NCBI GenBank assembly: GCA_038496445.1
Contig: JALMLS010000093.1
Coordinates: 496,001-560,000 of the forward strand
Reading direction: 5' to 3'
Length of the DNA: 64,000 nucleotides
Source of the DNA: Trichosphaerium sp. ATCC 40318
Lineage: Eukaryota; Protista; Tubulinea
Shown here piece by piece: positions 25,201 through 37,700 of the stretch (its first letter is position 1; the number at the start of each line of letters is the position of its first letter). The translations under genes were made by a program, and so were the position numbers. The notes under the pieces were generated by a model. The model saw nothing but the letters and a program-made list of their open reading frames with translations, was not told the DNA's origin and made no database searches.

Positions 25201-26004
25201 ACACTGATAATCGCTACAAATAGTGTCAACGTACAGTTTTGTCCGTGCTCAAATACAGTTGTACGCGTGGTGAGTTTGTTCCAGTGAGTTCAAAGCGGTA
25301 TGATCCTTTGAAAAGTCACAATTATTTGTTGGAAATCGAAAGTACCAGATTGAGTAGGATTGACATAAGCAATCGCTGTGTAGTTCGCCTTTGGTATCAA
25401 CATGGTGAATTCAGGTTTAAGCGCCATATAATACTCTACGTTAACCACTTAGGACATCTCTGAAGTTGAGATAGAAGTATAGTATCGTACCAATTGGTTT
25501 ACCATTTTGAGATATTTCTACTTTCATCCTTCCAATACCACTATTCAGAGTTCTTGTTACGAACTTAGAACTTTTCTCCGACTCAATACCATTTGAGTCT
25601 GTCCATGTCAACTGAAAATCATGTGTAGAGTTCGGTTTAAGACTGTTTTTTGACATTCGCTCAACTACACTTGTACCTGAAGTGTAAACAGTTTAGGGCT
25701 AGTAAAAAGCAGTTTAAAATACCAGCATTTTCTCCGTCAACGTAAAGATTGTATCCAATCGCTTTATCAACCTTGTCCCAACCTACACGTATGGTACTAT
25801 TCGTTGTACTCAAGTTAACTTTTCGCTAAACAATTCTTTTTTCTTTTTTTCCGTTTTATCACGTGAACACGTGCCTGGATGTTCTGCTTAAAATCTATGT
25901 AAGGATTATAAGCGATACAACCATCTCTAAACTATTACCTTTATATTAGCATTCCATTGCGCACACGTAACCCCAAACAACAGAATAGCCAGTAAAACAC
26001 GCAT
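22214..26004 (-). CDS. Secreted FN3 + PA14-like + heparinase II/III-type polysaccharide lyase
   Basis: Signal peptide [15 protein letters not shown]; FN3 [21 protein letters not shown]; lyase motifs [69 protein letters not shown]. Confidence 0.85.
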
Positions 26005-26384
26005 TTCAAAGCTTTAGAGCTTTAACAGACGTATACGTGAGCTAAGTCAGTTGCGGTTTTGACCAGGCTTAAGCCAAAATTAGTCACGCAAATAGTTAAA
26101 GCTCATTGTGGCATACAATCTGCAGAACTACCCGCAGTGCCTTTTTGGATAAGGTTTGTATTTGAGTTGTAAACCCACGTACTTTGAGTCCGATAATTCT
26201 TTATTTTTTCTTGCGATTTTGCCAGGCATCTATCCATGACTTTTGACCAAGGAAAAGAAAGCGCAAGTTTCTTTCACAAATTTGTCACGTACAATTTTAC
26301 GTGAAGTGAATATTGGCAGGTGCAAGAGTCCATAAGTGCGAAAACGGAAGGCTTCAAAAACTATCAGAATAAAGTTATAAGATT

Positions 26385-26948
26385 TTAGCACCTTTGGGCG
26401 ATACTATCTGGTTTGCCGTCAACATAGTTACAGTGCTCTTGCACACGGCCATATAGTTCACATCTCTTGTACTCTCCATCTGGTTCGCCATTGATATAAT
26501 TACATTGCTCACACAGCTGGCCATTGTTGTACAAACTCTTGTAAGCCCCATTGAGTTTGCCATTGTCATAATAGCAGTGCTGAACTAAGTGACCATTGTC
26601 ATGCCATCTCTTGAACTCTCCATCAAGTTCACCATTTGTGTAATTATAGTGCTCACGTATTTGACCTTTTTCATCCCAACTCTTATACTCTCCATGTTTT
26701 ACACCATGTTTCCAATACTATTGAAACTTTTGGCAATGTTCGTTTATGGTTTGCCATTTCCCATGCTTTTTCATCATGTAGTCATATCTCGTGTTCACTG
26801 CTGCACGTTTTGAGAGAATAGGCCAAGTTACATACACCGACGCATCTAAATCGACAATATCAAGCTGAATCTCAACTGGAAGGTTCAATAGAAGGCACTC
26901 TTGTTGTTTTAAAATAAATGCCTGTTCATTGCTTTTTACTTTGTTCAT
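26385..26948 (-). pseudogene. Intronless F-box-like + MORN-variant repeat protein with one in-frame TAG
   Basis: LLNLPVEIQLDIV..KFQ*YWKHGVKHGEYKSWDEKGQIREHYNYTNGELDGEFKRWHDNG..; the frame stays open about 110 codons past the TAG at 26718-26720. Confidence 0.85.
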
Positions 26949-27449
26949 TTTACAATTAGGTTGGCGCCCAAAGAGTTGTTTATTAGTTGTAAAGTAATAG
27001 AATACTCTGGAAGGTGCTTTAAGTCAGAATTTCTTTGCAGTCGGCACATGCTTTTTTTTTTAATTGATTTTCGTGGTAATTTAGCACCAAGAGAAACCTT
27101 CGTTCAGCATTTCATCTAGACATGGTCCGCTTGCATGTTCGATACAGCAATACCACTCGTCATAGTATGGAGCAACAAGGGTCCACTATGGATTTGAAAA
27201 AAACGCAACTTTCTTCCACACAGGTGACCTCGAGATACTATCGCTTAGTTGCAACGTTTTTAAAACGCCTATTTGTAGGTGCACCGAGATCACTTAAACT
27301 AGAGAGTTATTGTAAAATAACAATACCACGTGCTGCTATTTCTGTACGCTATATGCCAACGATAAGACTGGTAATTCATTTTACGGTATAAAGATTCACA
27401 CGTCGCGTGTCATTTTAAAAAGCAGTTTTGTACCTCAAGTGCGCAAAGA

Positions 27450-30013
27450 ATGACATCTCTTGTACTCTTCATACTAGTATGCGCTAGTTTTGTTAGTGTG
27501 TCAAAAGCTCAACCTCTGGATCTTTATTTAACAACTACATACGTTGCCTCGGGACCCAGTGAGCCTATCGTGGAGCAAGTCGTGATGAACGAAGGAATAC
27601 TTGGAGACAGTATGCGTATAACAGCAACGAAGTACGATGGAGGCCCTGATGCGCTTCAAACAAGCTGCAGTGCTCTCCCAGGCAAGTTTATAATGGGAAA
27701 CGATGTGACGGTGACAGGATCATGCTCTTTGCGCTATGGAGGCATGAACGATACTGGTATATCACCAATAGTAAACCTCCAATCGAACGGATGCGGTAAA
27801 TCACGTGAATATGACGAATAAACTTGACTGACATTTTTGTTAAAGGATGCTTCAATACCCATTTTCTGAACTCTGATCTATCAACTATACAGAAACTGTC
27901 CATGAGGTCTACATTCTATGACAACTCAACAATCTTGTCTCATACGTATTTGCTACCTGACGTGTTTTCGGAGTTTGATGTTTGTTTACCGTATGGACTA
28001 TTTCACGTGGACCCTAGAGTTTTTGAACAAATAGATATGATAGAGCAAGTTTTATCAGGAGGTAGCGGTGCAGATATGGAGTTATCTTATTCGTGCAAGC
28101 AACCTCTCTTGTCTTGCTGGTACGACCAAAGTTTGCGCTTTTGTTTCATGAAACAACCAACCTTGTGTTTGGTAATGACAAACTGTTTAGGCATGAGTTT
28201 GTTGATCTTGATGGAGAGAAAATGACAAACTTTACTATTGGTGATGTAGTTATATTTAATGTTTATTGTGAGAACTATGAGTCTTTTCCTTCAACAGTTG
28301 AAAATGTTACGATAAGCGTCGATATTGGTTCATGGTCTAGTATTGGAAGCGTTTCTGATAATTCTTCGGAGACTTTTTGTAATAACACAAACTCAGAGTA
28401 TTTCGGAAGCGAAACATTCGATGTTGTTTCAACTCTTGGAGAAGGTGATATCACACATTGCAGAGTACACATTACATTGACAAACAACGGGTTACTACGA
28501 AACATAAGTGCACGCATTAAAAATAACAATAAGACCGGAAACACGTGGACTTCTGATATCTTATCTCATGAAGGAGAAAACAGGTGGACCAGTTTTCTGT
28601 ACGAATTTATCATTTATTTTGGTTGTTTAGGAAAGGCACTGTACAATTTTGTTATCCACCAACAGCTTCAAATATTACCCTTGGCGAGGTACCAACAATG
28701 GCACCTACTAATCCCCCAACGGAAGAACCGAGTGATCCGCCAACAACAAAACCCACCGACCCTCCAACATCAGAACCGAGTGATCCTCCAACAATAGAAC
28801 CCACTAATCCACCAACTTTACAAACGAGCACGCAGCCATCAATACAACCAAGCAATGCGCCTACATCGAATACACCCATTCACTTAGAAGATTATGGTAG
28901 GTGTATCTCAGGCTGCAGCAATCATACATCAAATGCAGACGAAGAAATAGTAATAGAAGGCAACTTTGTTGCTCCACCAGTACACATCATCGTTTCAGGC
29001 AATGTGACTATTAAAGGAAACTTAACATTGAACAAAAAAACAGTATGGAGAGTAGGTCAAGGTAATTCAGTTACAGTAAAAGGATGTGTTGTTTTCGGAG
29101 GAACATTGTATCTTGATATCTCGCTTTTTTCTCAAAACGTTGATATCTTCAAGTTCAATTGTAGTCTTGGTTCTTTTAGTGATGTCGTTGTTAAGAATAA
29201 TCAAACAGAGTGTAAGAAATTGGATAGATTTGAAGAAAGATATAGTCGTAACACAATGTCTGTGCAAGTATTTGTTCTTGATTTTTGTGGATCTCAGTTA
29301 AAAGCATGGAAAATAGTCTTGATATGTATTGTAGTACTACTCATTATACCAGTACGTTACCCACTAAGATTATTTTTTTAGTCGCGAAAGAGCATCAATT
29401 TCAATTGAAAAACAAAAAAAAAGTTTTACTTGTGGCATGCACTCAAATGCTGATATAAAACTCTTCTCACTCTTGAATCAAACAATATATCAACCTTAGA
29501 TTTTTTTTAAAGATCAAATCAACCTTTTTGTGCTAATGCCATTACTTAGCTTATTATTTCAGTAAGAAGTATCGTCTCCATAGACAAGTCCATAAAGTTA
29601 AGAAACGTTATGCAACACAAGTAGCAAATATATCAACTGCAAATAACAATAGTAGCGATACAAGTAATACCGAAGAGGATTCTAGTAAAATGGAGTACAT
29701 TGGGATTCAAGTTCCTATTTCACGAACAAAAAAAGAAGAAGGGGACGAAGATCAATACACCAGAGTACAAGTTCCAGTAGCAATGACAAGTGCCATAAAT
29801 GATAAACCAAGAGGAACCAAAGAGTCAAATGAAAATGTATTTACAGGTACACAAGTCCGCTCGATTAAACAAAGTGAAAAATGTGAAACGGCAGGCGTTA
29901 ACGCTCAAGTGAATCTTGATGAAATTTCTCAAAAAAAAGATGCTTGTCCCAATGTAATGAAAGATTCAAAAGGAGAGTTAGATCCAACAGAGTATACAAG
30001 TATTAAAGTGTAG
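27450..30013 (+). CDS. Type I surface receptor: signal peptide, ectodomains, PT-rich stalk, juxtamembrane beta domain, TM, Tyr-motif cytoplasmic tail
   Basis: MTSLVLFILVCASFVSVSKA; PTEEPSDPPT repeats; GNVTIKGNLTL..GCVVFGGTL; TM WKIVLICIVVLLIIP; tail ends TEYTSIKV*. Confidence 0.78.
28690..28875 (+). repeat. Coding P-T/S-x-x tandem repeat (mucin-like stalk)
   Basis: PTMAPTNPPTEEPSDPPTTKPTDPPTSEPSDPPTIEPTNPPT. Confidence 0.85.
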
Positions 30014-30274
30014 ATAAATTACAAATAAACCTTTTACAGGAAACCTTACTCATGTTATCCTCCACAACAAAAAACTTCCAACGTTCGTCCTTGCAGCGTT
30101 AAGACTGATCACGTGCACACAGTTAAAGTAAGTATTTGCTACTATTGCTCAATAGCTATGTTGCAAATCTAGTACCCAACTATAGGAATAGCTTGTGCGT
30201 ATTTTGGTATTTGCATTCAAGCCTAGCTTATCTATGCCGGTGTATAAGTCAACTCTCACATAGAGTCAACAGAA

Positions 30275-32135
30275 ATGGATAAACAGGACAAGATTAACAA
30301 AGTTGTGATATGTGGTGGCACTCACGGAAATGAATTATCAGGTATAATCGATCTTTTGGCGTTAAAAAACGTTAAATAGTTTTGTAGGAGTTTATCTTGT
30401 TAAAAAGTGGTTGTCTACGCAGGATAAAGTACAAAGGCCTTCATTTAAAACAGATTTGATTATTTCGAACGTTAAAGCCATTGAAGGTACATCAAAATAC
30501 CAAGAATACACTAGAATAACCCCACAACGCTAAAATATTACGCACTGAGCATGTTTTTGCTTCATTTTTGGCATTTCGATTGTTAAAAGCGTTAATATCA
30601 TCCAATGGTGATATTGACGTTGTCTTTTCACCTTTTTAAGTATACTCACGTGTAGAGTTAAACCGGAAAAGTCCGCAGAAGATTTTTAACGCACTTTTTC
30701 AACATCAGTCTTTGATATCTCTGTTACTTTTTTTTCTTTTGTTGCTCGTTGTGCCTATTTGTGACTTATTTCTGATGCAACTACTTTTAGCTTGTACGAG
30801 ATATGTCGATACAGATCTGAATAGATGCTTTAGCGAGAGCTTATTAAATGCAGAAGTACACAAACGTCTCTAAAACAAAACAGTTTTACTATTTTATTTA
30901 TTTATTTACTCCAACATAAAAAGGTTGGAGAAAACGCAGCGTATGAGACTGTTCGTGCAAAAGAGCTTCATCAACAAATATCTGGTCAAAAGAGTACGGT
31001 TTATATTAGAGTTTTTTCTTATTCATACGTTATAGGCAACCCTCAAACAGACTTTGTGCGAAGTAGGAAAAACTTGACATTGTTTTTAACTTTGAGTTAG
31101 GTTATAGACTTACACAACACTACAGCTAATATGGGTGTTTGTGTTATTGTACTTGATGCAGTATCTCCTTTTATGAAGTACGTTTAGTAGTACATAAACA
31201 AAAAAAACATAGTTATCTAACAGATGAATAGAGCAATGATAAAGTCATTATCTGATATTTCTGGTATTACTTTTTATGACCATAAAAGTGAACGTATGTC
31301 TGATCCATGTTTGAGATCTCTAGGTAAGATTACTACGTTTAATTATTCATACAATACTTACTTTGTTCCAAAGGAAAATATGGCATGTCTCTAGGTACAC
31401 AAGATGAGGACAAAGAGAGAAAACTTTCTTTTGTTTTTTCCTTTCGTTTTTTTTTCTTATTGTTTTTAAAGAGGTTGGACCTCTCGCTCATGGCACAATA
31501 AGTGCAGAGTTGTACAAAAAAACAGAACAAGTTGTACATAAAATTCTTGATTTTATTCAGAACTGGAACACGGATGCAAAAGCTATTCTAGCCTTACCAA
31601 AGAAAACAATTGATGTTTATTCACATGGCCACAATGTTGGTACGCACTGTTTTATTTGTTAAGTAGTTAACATCACTTTAAACTCCAAAAGACTCCCTAA
31701 GTCTTAACACTTGATATTTTTTGTTACAAAAATTACGGAAATCCTAATATTAAACTTTAAAATAGTCCGTCGTGAACCATTTGCTTTTTTTTTTCTCATT
31801 TTTTTCAGTTTTTCGAAATCGTGGTTGAAATCATAGAATGTGACTTAGTATTTAGATTACCCGAGGAATAGCGACGGTACTTTGAATGGCATGGTACATG
31901 AAAGTGTGAATGGAAACGACTATTGCAAGCTAGAAAAAGGTTCGCAAGAAAAAAAATTCAAGTTAATCAAGGTTAATCAGTCCGGCTAGGTTCTCCATTG
32001 TTTGTCACATTTGAAGGTGAAATTGTGACATACGATAAAGAGGAACCTGCATGGCCAATATTTGTCAGTGAAGCAGCTTACCTAGAGAAGAAATTCGCAA
32101 TGACATTGACAACAAAAAAACAACTTGAGGTGTAA
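30275..32135 (+). CDS. ASPA: Aspartoacylase (AstE/AspA zinc hydrolase)
   Basis: GGTHGNELSG, RYVDTDLNRCF, DLHNTTANMG, EVGPLAHG, PIFVSEAAYLEK. Confidence 0.93.
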
Positions 32136-32334
32136 AAGTAAAAATAAAACCCTCAACTGGCTAGCAGCTACTCCTATTACTTTAAGACTAAGCGTCTTGT
32201 TATTTAAGATGTTTTTGGAGGTACTTTCACGCAAATTTCATAGCGAAATCATTGCTGTTTCAGCCTGTCGTTTTCATTGAAAATTGTACACAAAATATCG
32301 TCTCCAACAAGCCATAAACAACACCTCAAGATAA

Positions 32335-33165
32335 ATGGGTATTCGTAAAGTCCTAAATAAGCACTATCCTGTCGATTTTGACTACAGAGAACTCTCTAGA
32401 GCTAAATCTAAAGGAAAAAAGCAACAAGACCAACAAACTGTGCGTAGTATGATTCCCTTCACTGTACAGTGCAAGACTTGCGGTCATTTCAACGGAAGAG
32501 GCACCAAATACAACATGAGGAAAGAAAACACCGAAAAGGACTACCTGGGGATTAAAGTATTACGTTTCTACTTCAAATGCTCCAACTGTAAAAGCGAAAT
32601 GACGCTTCTCACCGATCCTAAAGACAGCGATTATACTGTCGAACTAGGCGGTAAACGTATCGGTGTACCACTCTGGAAGCAAAATGAGAGAATCAGGGAG
32701 CTTGCTGCGCAAGATGAGAAGGCTGCAGGTACGTATTAACACAATAATGATCGACTTGTTAAGTCATTTTCTTTGTCTAAGTTACTCTCGTTTTTTTGAG
32801 CTACTGCCGTTACCCACAACTAAAATCTAACACCTAGGCTTGGTAAAGATTCTATCAAGATGATTGAAGAGAAAGCTATGTGTGCTCAAAAGATGCTAGC
32901 TGCAGAAGATGCCATTTCCGACATTTTTTACGAAAATAAACGGAAAGCAAACGTCAATATTGATTCTGTCCTAAAGAACGTTCAAAAACAGGCGAAGAGA
33001 GAAGAAGAGGCTGGTTTGATCCGCGATGTTATGAAGTTCGAGAAGAAACGTTCAAGAAGAGGACCGAGCGAAGTGGATACTCTCAAAAGCTTAAGCGTTT
33101 ATCGCCCGAAAAAAAAGAGAAGAAAGATTAATGTAAGAGCAAAAACAAAACTTGTTGACTACTGA
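32335..33165 (+). CDS. YJU2: Splicing factor YJU2/CCDC94 (Cwc16)
   Basis: RKVLNKHYPVDFD..VRSMIPFTVQCKTCG..KYNMRKE..YLGIKVLRFYFKCSNC..TDPKDSDY; one intron. Confidence 0.88.
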
Positions 33166-33339
33166 GTTCAAACAGCTGTTAGGCCCTTTCTAATTCATTA
33201 ATTAATAAAACATATAGTTTTTGACGTGTAGTATAGATGGTCTTCTTCATTACCAATGTGAGTAGTAATCGTTTCCTTTATTGTCAAGTACTGTTACTAT
33301 TTTAAATGTTGTCGGGAAATAATTATGCTCAATTTTTTA

Positions 33340-34403
33340 TTAACTAGGTACAAACCTTGATTTTAAGATTGGCCAAGCAACACCAATACACCAGTACGTA
33401 GGTGCTACTGACCAGTTGTTGGCACTTAAGTACTTGGAGAATAAAAGTTGCAAATCTTTTGTTGAGGAAAGACAATCATTCTTTTATTAAATGGAATCCA
33501 ACACTTATTGGTTGACGCGTTGTTCCATAAGGTTCATCAAAGGCAAGTACATTAAAATATTTAAGAAACAACTTGAAGTAATAATGTAAAGGTCGGTGGT
33601 ACTCAAGCAAATCAATATCAAATACCTTCCACCTAAACATATGTTGATTACGTTCGAACTTAAATAAATCACCTCCATGCATACCTTAGAACACGTGCGT
33701 AATGTTCAAAGTATCTTTTGTGAAATTCTTCACATCTATTGGCCTTTGAAACAATGCATGGGTGTATGATCACAGCAATGACTAGGAAGCTCCGGTAGAT
33801 TCAAAATAACTCTTTCATCTTTTTTTTCTAGTACTTCGTCCACCTGGTGCCAGTACACGGTTAAAAGCCTCAACAACTTTGTCTACATTTGGTACATCCA
33901 TCAATACATAGTTTGATAGAATTACATTGATGGAGCCACCGGGAATATCGTTAAGATCCTCTACTGATCCTCTAAATATCTGTGGAAACGGATCAAGTCC
34001 TTTACAGTTCTCTTTTGCAAACCCAATGTTCTTTTGACTCAGGTCAACACCAATTATCTAAAAGTAATAAGTTCTCAGACTACTAAACTCTAGTCTTACT
34101 TTCTTAGGTTTCAAAGCATGCATTTTTCTGATAAGATACCCATTTCCACAACCAGCATCCAGGACCACTTTGTCCTTTGGGGTTTTTCATTCAGAAATTG
34201 ACAATTGTAGTTTTTTCGAGGCACCTTTATGTCACCTATGTGCTCCCAAATGAACTTATCAGAGTTTTCAATACGGTTAGCATCTCCTTCAGTTCCAATG
34301 CTCTTGTTCCATTCTATTCTCATTATGTTGATTGTACCACATGAGTAATCACCAACGCACTTTCAGCAATAGCGTCCCAGTTCAATTCACCATTTAATGC
34401 CAT
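33340..34403 (-). CDS. Class I SAM-dependent methyltransferase
   Basis: WDAIAEKWNKSIGTEGDANR..VLDAGCGNGYL..GVDLSQKNI..SNYVLMDV..LAPGG..EYHRPLHYYF. Confidence 0.88.
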
Positions 34404-34759
34404 CTTTGTTGTACTATTATATTTGTACAACATAATGAAAAGTTGGCAACATTTCACTGCCTTAATAGAAAAAGAACTTGTGCAACACAACTGGCCTACG
34501 ATTATCAAGTCTATTCACTATATCATGACATGCACAAGCACCTTTAATATCAACCAATACGCTTAAATGAAGAAAAGAAACCAAAAGGGAAACAAAAATC
34601 ATTTTTGAGTTTAGATTGTTTAAAGAAGACGTTTGTCAAAATGTTACATTGTTGAAAACAAGATACTTGAAACGTTTTTGTTTTGCTTTGTTTAGTGGAA
34701 TAAGTTAATTCATTATGGTGTTTGTATTTGCGCGATAAGACGTAGACAGATTGTTATAA

Positions 34760-37700
34760 TTAAACTTTTTTACTTGCTCGAGATTGACGATCGAGGTAAT
34801 TTTCAAAATTCTTTGTAGCTAATTTTAACAAGTTATCACGTGTTAGCTGATCTCTGAATACAAACTTATGTAACTCAACAAAACGTGTGAGAGAATGCTT
34901 AGTGCCTACTTCAACGTGTACAGCTAAACACAAACATCAAAAAAAAAAAAAAGAAACACGAAGAAAAAAAGGAGAAAAGAAAAAAATGTTTTAAGCCAAT
35001 GTTATAAACGTTAAAGAATCTGCACGGAATTGACCCCAAAGATATGTTGATTGTTAATTTGATTTTCTAACAGTATCTGCGAAGAAAAAGGAATAAATTT
35101 TGTGGTACCTCCTTTTCCAGAGAACCCTGTCAAGTCGGCTATAGCATAAAACTGTACTATGAGTTGCTTTCTTCCTTGTCTTTTTGTTATCAGTACACCA
35201 TCATTAAATACAATAAGCTTCCCAGGACTCCTCATTATAGAACCAGCGGTATATTTTACTTCAGCTTCAACAATAAATCTTCTTGTAGGTATGACGATCT
35301 CCTAAAAATTATTTAATTACTACACAACAAAAAGTAACATCAAAAATGATTTTGTTCTGTTGTAAAGCACAAAAAGAAAGCACAAAGAAAAAGTGAATTT
35401 GGTCTCTAAAGGTGTAAAATCCTGCTGTTACGTTAAGAAGTATTTTAGTCTTTGATAAATTCGGAGAACAAGGTTTCTGAATGACAAAATTTTCTTTGGT
35501 TTATAACAAAAAAGTTGGGGTAAAAGTATGTTACCGCTAAGTCTCCTTCAATCTCAGCTGTACGCAAAAGAAGCTGTATTATTTGCTGTGATTCGTGCTT
35601 TCTTTGATTCAAGTGTTGATTTACTTTCTCGACTTTAGCTATAGCTGCAAGCAAGTTCTTGTAATCAGGATGAGAATCTTCAGTATCTTTTAAAAGTTGC
35701 TAATACGCAAATTATTGACCAACCACTTTCAAGAAGAACATACCTTTAGAAGAAGTTCATATCGAGGAACACGCTGAATAGGTTTTCTGTAATACCAGGT
35801 CAGTACCGAGCACATGAAAGTTTTTTTCGAAGAAAAACAAAGTATAAGAAAAAAAAAAGAAAGAGTACATGAGGTAGCTATCAAGAGTATGGATTGTACC
35901 ACCTTTGTTAACAACAGGAGATCTTGCCACTTTCTATTAACATCAAGTTAATGAAGAAAAAGAAACACGTAATAAATCTACGTACCATTATCCACGTGTC
36001 AAGCCTCTTGCAATTTCGTCGAACTTTTGCGAGACAAATACGTGCTGTGTCCTAAATATATCCGTAAGCGGGTTATGGGCAAAGAATATAACGAAGGTAG
36101 AGTTTAGTAGCTAAGTGAAACAATGCTTTTTAATTATAAAAATAACTTCAACTATTTATACCAGCGGAGTCACGTACGTAGTTGTTTACATAAAATGTGT
36201 ATGTCTAAAATATAACCCTTGTTAATTATGTACCGATTTAACCGTTATAGTTAGAAGTGTACCTTTAAGAAAGCGCCCTAAGACAGTAGTAAGAATAGGT
36301 AGATCCTTTACAAAAGAAAAGCAAAAGATAGGACATACCATTTGTAGAAATATATCGCCTACTTTCTGTTTTGGACTCCACTTTTCTAGTCTAGCATTCA
36401 AGCCTTCAAACAACATAGAGTTATAGTTGTATATGATCTCTATAGATGAAAATATACTTTTAACATCTTGCATAGTAAGAAGCGGCTTTGGTAGCTTAGT
36501 AGCAGCCTCTAGAGGCTTTTGGAACCTCTAAAATTAAACAGAAAATATCAACAAACTTCACATGAAAAAAAACGATCAAAACAAACCTTTATCGTAACCG
36601 CCAAGTCCTTAACATACTCGCCCTCAGTCTGTAATAATTCTCTGTAAAATAAAACATTAGATATCGAAACAGAGATAAATCACGTGATTTCTAAAAATAG
36701 AAGTGAAGAGGGTACCTTGCAACTTGAGTTCTCTTGTAGTGTTTTTTGTACCTAGCAAACTTTTCTGGATCTGTACCCTCTGGCATTGTAATTGATGGTT
36801 GATTTTTTTGATGGCCTGGAGCATAATCTAGTATTCATTCATCAATACAACAGTAAAGGAGAAATATTATTACTTTGACGATTTGTAATAGTGAAAGAAA
36901 CATCTGCGCTCTTTTTCTTCTTCTTAGTTAGCGACCAACCGTGCGACCCGGAACGTTTATGTTTCTTTGGCGGTGGGCTTGGTTTTGTACTAATACCTGA
37001 ACCAGTAGGGGCAGCTGGAGACCTCACTGACGCTAAAAAAAACAATGAGAACAGAACTCTCGAGTTGTCTCATACCGCTTGAACCATTTTGAGAAGTACT
37101 ATGGACAAGTGTTCCTGTTTTTCGTGGTAATGGTGGGCTTTGTGTAGGGCTTTGTACAGGGCTTGAAGTCTGACTCGATGTTGGACTTACAGTTGGACTT
37201 GTTGTTGTCGATCTTGCTGTACCCGGTTTCGAACCAGCAAGTTTCCTCACTTTGTTAATACCAGCACGTGTCTTTGTAGTTAATTTTTTGGTTGTTCTTG
37301 ATATCCAATCAAGAGCCCTATTTTTTGGATTTAAAAATAACCCACGTGTTTCTCCTTACCCTGTTTTTTTCTGGAAATTAGCGCTGCCTACATCAACATC
37401 ATATTCTTTCCTGTCAACACCAAGGTCTTGTACGAGTGATTGCTCCTTGTTGATGTTTAGTAAAGTGAAGATAACAAAAGAACTTAAAACAGTTCGTACA
37501 TCAAGAGCTCCTCCATTAGGGCTGGTTGCATCCTTTGTGGGAGAATCTGGATTTTCGGGGTCTTTAGTATCACCCCCATTTGTTTGAGATGGTGCAGGAG
37601 GTCGCATTCCATCGTCACGTTCCATATCGATGGAATCAACAGATGGAGACTTTGGTAACCCAAATTTCTTTGCATCTTCTTTTTTTTCTTCTGGTTTCTT

